Assembly: GCA_964016885.1 (NCBI GenBank) | Contig: OZ024744.1 | Coordinates: forward strand, 120,714,001 to 120,778,000 | DNA from: Eledone cirrhosa | Lineage: Eukaryota | Length of the DNA: 64,000 nucleotides | Direction of reading: 5' to 3' | Shown here: piece after piece, positions 55,221 to 64,000 of the stretch | Layout of the letters: each line of letters begins with the position of its first letter | How positions within the stretch are numbered: the first letter of the stretch is position 1 | Position numbers and translations under genes: made by a program | Notes under the pieces: model-generated | What the model was told of the DNA's origin: nothing | The model's database searches: none | The model's input: only the letters and a program-made list of their open reading frames with translations

Positions 55221-58200
55221 TGTCATAGTATCAGAGCTGTGATCTCTCAATTCAGAGATTCTTTCCTGAGACATTCTAACCACATGTCATAGAATCAGAG
55301 CTGTGATCTCTCAATTCAGAGATTCTTTCCTGAGAACTTCTAAACTCATGTCTGTAGTATCAGAGCTGTGATCTCTCAATTCAGAGTTTCTTTCCTGAGA
55401 CATTCTAACCACATGTCATAGTAGCAGATCTGTGATGTCTCAATTCAGAGATTCTTTCCTGGGATATTCTAACCACATGTCATAGTATCAGAGCTGTGAT
55501 CTCTCAATTCAGAGATTCTTTCCTGAGACATTCTAACCACATCTCATAGTATCAGAGCTGTGATATCTCAATTCAGAGATTCTTTCCTGAGACATTCTAA
55601 CCACATGTCATTGAATCAGATCTGTGATCTCTCAATTCAGAGATTCTTTCCTGAGACATTCTAACCACATGTCATAGTATTAGAGCTGTGATCTCTCAAT
55701 TCAGAGATTCTTTCCTGAGAAATTCTAACCTCATGTCTGTAGTATCAGAGCTGTAATCTCTCAATTCAGAGAATCTTTCCTGAGACATTCTAACTCCATG
55801 TCCACAGTATCAGAGCTGTGATCTCTCAATTCAGAGATTCTTTCCTGAGACATTCTAACCACATGTCATAGTATCAGTGCTGTGATCTCTCAATATAGAG
55901 ATTCTTTCCTGAGATATTCTAACCACATGTCATAGTATCAGAGCTGTGATCTCTCAATTCAGAGATTCTTTCCTAGGATATTCTAACCACATGTCATAGT
56001 ATCAGAGCTGTGATCTCTCAATTCAGATATTCTTTCCTGAGACATTCTAACCACATGTCATAGGATCAGAGTTGTGATCTCTCAATTCAGAGATTCTTTC
56101 CTGAGATATTCTAACCACATGTCATAGTATCAGAGCTGTGATCTCTCAATTCAGAGATTCTTTCCTGAGACATTCTAACCACATGTCATAGTATTAGAGC
56201 TGTGATCTCTCAATTCAGAGATTCTTTCCTGAGACATTCTTACCACATGTCATAGTATCAGAGCTGTGATCTCTCAATTTAGAGATTCTTTCCTGAGACA
56301 TTCTAACCACATGTCATAGTATCAGAGCTGTGATCTCTCAATTCAGAGATTCTTTCCTGAGATATTCTAACCACATGTCATAGTATCAGAACTGTGATCT
56401 CTCAATTCAGAAATTCTTTGCTGAGACATTCAAACCACATGTCATAGTATCAGAGCTGTGAACTCTGAATTCAGAGATTCTTTCCTGATACATTCTAACC
56501 ACATGCCATAGTATAAGAGCTGTGATTTCTCAATTCAGAGATTCTTTCCTGAGACATTCTAAACACGTCATAGTATCAGAGCTGTAATATCTCAATTCAG
56601 AGATTCTTTCATGAGACATTCTAACCACATGTCATAGTATCAGAGCTGTGATCTCTCAATTTAGATATTCTTTCCTGAGATATTCTAACCACATGTCATA
56701 GTATTAGAGCTGTGATCTCTCAATTCAGAGATTCTTTCCTGAGACATTCTAACCACATGTCATAGTATCAGAGCAGTGATCTCTCAATTCAGAGATTCTT
56801 TCCTGAGACATTCTAACCACATGTCATAGTATCAGAACTGTGATCTCTCAATTCAGAAATTCTTTCCTGAGACATTCTAACCACATGTCATAGTATCAGA
56901 ACTGTGAACTCTCAATTCAGAGATTCTTTCCTGATACATTCTAACCACATGTCATAGTATTAGAGCTGTGATCTCTCAATTCAGAGATTCTTTCCTGAGA
57001 CATTCTAACCACGTCATAGTATCAGAGCTGTGATATCTCAATTCAGAGATTCTTTCATGAGACATTCTAACCACATGTCATAGTATCAGAGCTGTGATCT
57101 CTCAATTCAGAGATTCTTTCCTGAGAACTTCTAACCACATGTCTGTAGTATCAGAGCTGTGATCTCTCAATTCAGAGATTCTTTCCTGAGATATTCTAAC
57201 CACATGTCATAGTATCAGAGCTGTGATCTCTCAATTCAGAGATTCTTTCCTGAGACATTCTAACCACATGTCATAGTATCAGAGCTGTGAACTCTCAATT
57301 CAGAGATTCTTTCCTGATACATTCTAACCACATGTCATAGTATTAGAGCTGTGATCTCTCAATTCAGAGATTCTTTCCTGAGACATTCTAACCACGTCAT
57401 AGTATCAGAGCTGTGATATCTCAATTCAGAGATTCTTTCATGAGACCTTCTAACCACATGTCATAGTATTAGATCTGTGATCTCTCAATTCAGAGATTCT
57501 TTCCTGGGATATTCTAACCACATGTCATAGTATCAGAGCTGTGATCTCTCAATTCAGAGATTCTTTCCTGAGACATTCTAACCACATCTCATAGTCTAAG
57601 AGCTGTGATATCTCAATTCAGAGATTCTTTCCTGAGACATTCTAACCGCATGTCATAGAATCAGAGCTGTGATCTCTCAATTCAGAGATTCTTTCCTGAG
57701 ACGTTCTAATCACATGTCATAGTATTAGAGCTGTAATCTCTCTATTCAGAGATTCTTTCCTGAGAAATTCTAACCTCATGTCTGTAGTATCAGAGCTGTG
57801 ATCTCTCAATTCAGAGAATCTTTCCTGAGACATTCTAACTCCATGTCCACAGTATCAGAGCTGTGATCTCTCAATTCAGAGATTCTTTCCTGAGACATTC
57901 TAACCACATGTCATAGTATCAGTGCTGTGATCTCTCAATGTAGAGATTCTTTCCTGAGATATTCTAACCAGATGTCATAGTATCAGAGCTGTGATCTCTC
58001 AATTCAGAGATTCTTTCCTGGGATATTCTAAGCACATGTCATAGTATCAGAGCTGTGATCTCTCAATTCAGATATTCTTTCCTGAGACATTCTAACCACA
58101 TGTCATAGGATCAGAGTTGTGATCTCTCAATTCAGAGATTCTTTCCTGAGATATTCTAACCACATGTCATAGTATCAGAGCTGTGATCTCTCAATTCAGA

Positions 58201-61200
58201 GATTCTTTCCTGAGACATTCTAACCACATGTCATAGTATTAGAGCTGTGATCTCTCAATTCAGAGATTCTTTCCTGAGACATTCTAACCACATGTCATAG
58301 TATCAGAGCTGTGATCTCTCAATTTAGATATTCTTTCCTGAAATATTCTAACCACATGTCATAGTATTAGAGCTGTGATCTCTCAATTCAGAGATTCTTT
58401 CCTGAGACATTCTAAACCCTTGTCTGTAGTATCAGAGCTGTATGCTCTCAATTCAGAGATTCTTTCCTCAGATATTCTAACCACATGTCATTGTATCAGA
58501 GCTGTGATCTCTCAATTCAGAGATTCTTTCATGAGACATTCTAACCACATGTCATAGTATCAGTGCTGTGATCTCTCAATATAGAGATTCTTTCCTGAGA
58601 TATTCTAACCACATGTCATAGTATCAGAGCTGTGATCTCTCAAGTCAGAGATTCTTTCCTAGGATATTCTAACCACATGTCATAGTATCAGAGCTGTGAT
58701 CTCTCAATTCAGATATTCTTTCCTGAGACATTCTAACCACATGTCATAGGATCAGAGTTGTGATCTCTCAATTCAGAGATTCTTTCCTGAGATATTCTAA
58801 CCTCATGTCATAGTATCAGAGCTGTGATCTCTCAATTCAGAGATTCTTTCCTGAGACATTCTAACCACATGTCATAGTATTAGAGCTGTGATCTCTCAAT
58901 TCAGAGATTCTTTCCTGAGACATTCTTACCACATGTCATAGTATCAGAGCTGTGATCTCTCAATTTAGAGATTCTTTCCTGAGACATTCTAACCACATGT
59001 CATAGTATCAGAGCTGTGATCTCTCAATTCAGAGATTCTTTCCTGAGACATTCTCACCACATGTCATAGTATCAGAGCTGTGATATATCAATTCAGAGAT
59101 TCTTTCCTGATATATTCTAACCACATGTCACAGTATCAGAGCTGTGATCTCTCAATTCAGAGATTCTTTCCTAAGAACTTCTAACCACATGTCTGTAGTA
59201 TCAGAGCTGTGATCACTCAATTCAGAGATTCTTTCCTGAGATATTCTAACCACATGTCATAGTATCAGAGCTGTGATCTCTCAATTCAGAGATTCTTTCC
59301 TGAGATATTCTAACCACATGTCATAGTATCAGAACTGTGATCTCTCAATTCAGAAATTCTTTGCTGAGACATTCAAACCACATGTCATAGTATCAGAGCT
59401 GTGAACTCTGAATTCAGAGATTCTTTCCTGATACATTCTAACCACATGCCATAGTATAAGAGCTGTGATTTCTCAATTCAGAGATTCTTTCCTGAGACAT
59501 TCTAAACACGTCATAGTATCAGAGCTGTAATATCTCAATTCAGAGATTCTTTCATGAGACATTCTAACCACATGTCATAGTATCAGAGCTGTGATCTCTC
59601 AATTTAGATATTCTTTCCTGAGATATTCTAACCACATGTCATAGTATTAGAGCTGTGATCTCTCAATTCAGAGATTCTTTCCTGAGACATTCTAACCACA
59701 TGTCATAGTATCAGAGCAGTGATCTCTCAATTCAGAGATTCTTTCCTGAGACATTCTAACCACATGTCATAGTATCAGAACTGTGATCTCTCAATTCAGA
59801 AATTCTTTCCTGAGACATTCTAACCACATGTCATAGTATCAGAGCTGTGAACTCTCAATTCAGAGATTCTTTCCTGATACATTCTAACCACATGTCATAG
59901 TATTAGAGCTGTGATCTCTCAATTCAGAGATTCTTTCCTGAGACATTCTAACCACGTCATAGTATCAGAGCTGTGATATCTCAATTCAGAGATTCTTTCA
60001 TGAGACATTCTAACCACATGTCATAGTATCAGAGCTGTGATCTCTCAATTCAGAGATTCTTTCCTGAGAACTTCTAACCACATGTCTGTAGTATCAGAGC
60101 TGTGATCTCTCAATTCAGAGATTCTTTCCTGAGATATTCTAACCACATGTCATAGTATCAGAGCTGTGATATCTCAATTCAGAGATTCTTTCCTGAGACA
60201 TTCTAACCGCATGTCATAGAATCAGAGCTGTGATCTCTCAATTCAGAGATTCTTTCCTGAGACGTTCTAATCACATGTCATAGTATTAGAGCTGTAATCT
60301 CTCAATTCAGAGATTCTTTCCTGAGAAATTCTAACCTCATGTCTGTAGTATCAGAGCTGTGATCTCTCAATTCAGAGAATCTTTCCTGAGACATTCTAAC
60401 TCCATGTCCACAGTATCAGAGCTGTGATCTCTCAATTCAGAGATTCTTTCCTGAGACATTCTAACCACATGTCATAGTATCAGTGCTGTGATCTCTCAAT
60501 ATAGAGATTCTTTCCTGAGATATTCTAACCACATGTCATAGTATCAGAGCTGTGATCTCTCAATTCAGAGATTATTTCCTGGGATATTCTAAGCACATGT
60601 CATAGTATCAGAGCTGTGATCTCTCAATTCAGATATTCTTTCCTGAGACATTCTAACCACATGTCATAGGATCAGAGTTGTGATCTCTCAATTCAGAGAT
60701 TCTTTCCTGAGATATTCTAACCACATGTCATAGTATCAGAGCTGTGATCTCTCAATTCTGAGATTCTTTCCTGAGACATTCTAACCACATGTCATAGTAT
60801 TAGAGCTGTGATCTCTCAATTCAGAGATTCTTTCCTGAGACATTCTTACCACATGTCATAGTATCAGAGCTGTGATCTCTCAATTCAGAGATTCTTTCCT
60901 GAGACATTCTAACCACGTCATAGTATCAGAGCTGTGATATCTCAATTCAGAGATTCTTTCATGAGACATTCTAACCACATGTCATAGTATCAGAGCTGTG
61001 ATCTCTCAATTCAGAGATTCTTTCCTGAGACATTCTAACCACATGTCATAGAATCAGAGCTGTGATCTCTCAATTCAGAGATTCTTTCCTGAGAACTTCT
61101 AAACTCATGTCTGTAGTATCAGAGCTGTGATCTCTCAATTCAGAGTTTCTTTCCTGAGACATTCTAACCACATGTCATAGTAGCAGATCTGTGATGTCTC

Positions 61201-64000
61201 AATTCAGAGATTCTTTCCTGGGATATTCTAACCACATGTCATAGTATCAGAGCTGTGATCTCTCAATTCAGAGATTCTTTCCTGAGACATTCTAACCACA
61301 TCTCATAGTATCAGAGCTGTGATATCTCAATTCAGAGATTCTTTCCTGAGACATTCTAACCACATGTCATTGAATCAGATCTGTGATCTCTCAATTCAGA
61401 GATTCTTTCCTGAGACATTCTAACCACATGTCATAGTATTAGAGCTGTGATCTCTCAATTCAGAGATTCTTTCCTGAGAAATTCTAACCTCATGTCTGTA
61501 GTATCAGAGCTGTAATCTCTCAATTCAGAGAATCTTTCCTGAGACATTCTAACTCCATGTCCACAGTATCAGAGCTGTGATCTCTCAATTCAGAGATTCT
61601 TTCCTGAGACATTCTAACCACATGTCATAGTATCAGTGCTGTGATCTCTCAATATAGAGATTCTTTCCTGAGATATTCTAACCACATGTCATAGTATCAG
61701 AGCTGTGATCTCTCAATTCAGAGATTCTTTCCTAGGATATTCTAACCACATGTCATAGTATCAGAGCTGTGATCTCTCAATTCAGATATTCTTTCCTGAG
61801 ACATTCTAACCACATGTCATAGGATCAGAGTTGTGATCTCTCAATTCAGAGATTCTTTCCTGAGATATTCTAACCACATGTCATAGTATCAGAGCTGTGA
61901 TCTCTCAATTCAGAGATTCTTTCCTGAGACATTCTAACCACATGTCATAGTATTAGAGCTGTGATCTCTCAATTCAGAGATTCTTTCCTGAGACATTCTT
62001 ACCACATGTCATAGTATCAGAGCTGTGATCTCTCAATTTAGAGATTCTTTCCTGAGACATTCTAACCACATGTCATAGTATCAGAGCTGTGATCTCTCAA
62101 TTCAGAGATTCTTTCCTGAGATATTCTAACCACATGTCATAGTATCAGAACTGTGATCTCTCAATTCAGAAATTCTTTGCTGAGACATTCAAACCACATG
62201 TCATAGTATCAGAGCTGTGAACTCTGAATTCAGAGATTCTTTCCTGATACATTCTAACCACATGCCATAGTATAAGAGCTGTGATTTCTCAATTCAGAGA
62301 TTCTTTCCTGAGACATTCTAAACACGTCATAGTATCAGAGCTGTAATATCTCAATTCAGAGATTCTTTCATGAGACATTCTAACCACATGTCATAGTATC
62401 AGAGCTGTGATCTCTCAATTTAGATATTCTTTCCTGAGATATTCTAACCACATGTCATAGTATTAGAGCTGTGATCTCTCAATTCAGAGATTCTTTCCTG
62501 AGACATTCTAACCACATGTCATAGTATCAGAGCAGTGATCTCTCAATTCAGAGATTCTTTCCTGAGACATTCTAACCACATGTCATAGTATCAGAACTGT
62601 GATCTCTCAATTCAGAAATTCTTTCCTGAGACATTCTAACCACATGTCATAGTATCAGAACTGTGAACTCTCAATTCAGAGATTCTTTCCTGATACATTC
62701 TAACCACATGTCATAGTATTAGAGCTGTGATCTCTCAATTCAGAGATTCTTTCCTGAGACATTCTAACCACGTCATAGTATCAGAGCTGTGATATCTCAA
62801 TTCAGAGATTCTTTCATGAGACATTCTAACCACATGTCATAGTATCAGAGCTGTGATCTCTCAATTCAGAGATTCTTTCCTGAGAACTTCTAACCACATG
62901 TCTGTAGTATCAGAGCTGTGATCTCTCAATTCAGAGATTCTTTCCTGAGATATTCTAACCACATGTCATAGTATCAGAGCTGTGATCTCTCAATTCAGAG
63001 ATTCTTTCCTGAGACATTCTAACCACATGTCATAGTATCAGAGCTGTGAACTCTCAATTCAGAGATTCTTTCCTGATACATTCTAACCACATGTCATAGT
63101 ATTAGAGCTGTGATCTCTCAATTCAGAGATTCTTTCCTGAGACATTCTAACCACGTCATAGTATCAGAGCTGTGATATCTCAATTCAGAGATTCTTTCAT
63201 GAGACCTTCTAACCACATGTCATAGTATTAGATCTGTGATCTCTCAATTCAGAGATTCTTTCCTGGGATATTCTAACCACATGTCATAGTATCAGAGCTG
63301 TGATCTCTCAATTCAGAGATTCTTTCCTGAGACATTCTAACCACATCTCATAGTCTAAGAGCTGTGATATCTCAATTCAGAGATTCTTTCCTGAGACATT
63401 CTAACCGCATGTCATAGAATCAGAGCTGTGATCTCTCAATTCAGAGATTCTTTCCTGAGACGTTCTAATCACATGTCATAGTATTAGAGCTGTAATCTCT
63501 CTATTCAGAGATTCTTTCCTGAGAAATTCTAACCTCATGTCTGTAGTATCAGAGCTGTGATCTCTCAATTCAGAGAATCTTTCCTGAGACATTCTAACTC
63601 CATGTCCACAGTATCAGAGCTGTGATCTCTCAATTCAGAGATTCTTTCCTGAGACATTCTAACCACATGTCATAGTATCAGTGCTGTGATCTCTCAATGT
63701 AGAGATTCTTTCCTGAGATATTCTAACCAGATGTCATAGTATCAGAGCTGTGATCTCTCAATTCAGAGATTCTTTCCTGGGATATTCTAAGCACATGTCA
63801 TAGTATCAGAGCTGTGATCTCTCAATTCAGATATTCTTTCCTGAGACATTCTAACCACATGTCATAGGATCAGAGTTGTGATCTCTCAATTCAGAGATTC
63901 TTTCCTGAGATATTCTAACCACATGTCATAGTATCAGAGCTGTGATCTCTCAATTCAGAGATTCTTTCCTGAGACATTCTAACCACATGTCATAGTATTA
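54410..64000. repeat. Apparently identical duplication with 5759-bp (90-monomer) period, second copy cut by the window end
   Basis: CTCAATTCTG at 54992/60751, AAACTCATG at 55342/61101, CTATTCAG at 57742/63501 and the G of CAATGTAG at 57940/63699, all offset by 5759. Confidence 0.93.

Larger units (their letters stand above)
1..64000. repeat. Tandem satellite array, 64-bp monomer, about 1000 copies, open at both window ends
   Basis: The same unit recurs every 64 bp (e.g. AGTATCAGAG at 661 and AGTATCAGAA at 725) across the window. Most copies differ from the consensus by only a few substitutions. Length variants of 52, 61, 62, 63, 65 and 68 bp occur. No inversion or foreign insert was seen. 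Confidence 0.99.

Noticed and set aside
58375-58557. 60-aa ORF from the ORF track
   Set aside because: It is three satellite monomers read from a GTG, where variants happen to remove stop codons. The 64-bp unit is not a multiple of 3 and there is no gene context.
1-64000. CRISPR array (64-bp period with a palindromic segment)
   Set aside because: There are no unique spacers: the entire unit is repeated. No cas genes or leader are present.
1-64000. Repeat-protein gene or tandem tRNA/5S/snRNA cluster
   Set aside because: There is no long ORF on either strand, and no cloverleaf, A/B box or similarity to RNA genes that I can recognise.
1-64000. Assignment to a known satellite (alpha, mouse major/minor, beta, telomeric) or a CENP-B box
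   Set aside because: Monomer length and sequence do not match those I know. The CENP-B box needs two CpGs, which are absent here.

Overview
The whole 64 kb window is one uninterrupted head-to-tail tandem array of about 1000 copies of a 64-bp monomer. The consensus is TTCTAACCACATGTCATAGTATCAGAGCTGTGATCTCTCAATTCAGAGATTCTTTCCTGAGACA (about 39% GC, no CpG). It runs off both ends, keeps one orientation, and shows no genes, transposons, RNA genes or unique sequence that I could see. It is most consistent with eukaryotic satellite DNA; I do not recognise the family or organism. The interesting structure lies inside the array: (i) the monomer is built from overlapping imperfect palindromes; (ii) a recurring ordered cassette of variant monomers forms an irregular higher-order repeat; (iii) nested recent block duplications range from 3 to 90 monomers; (iv) variant content shifts near 34 kb; and (v) a rare 68-bp monomer looks like a templated-insertion repair scar that was later copied four times. 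Block boundaries were read by eye and are approximate to about one monomer. Offsets were measured between rare marker variants.
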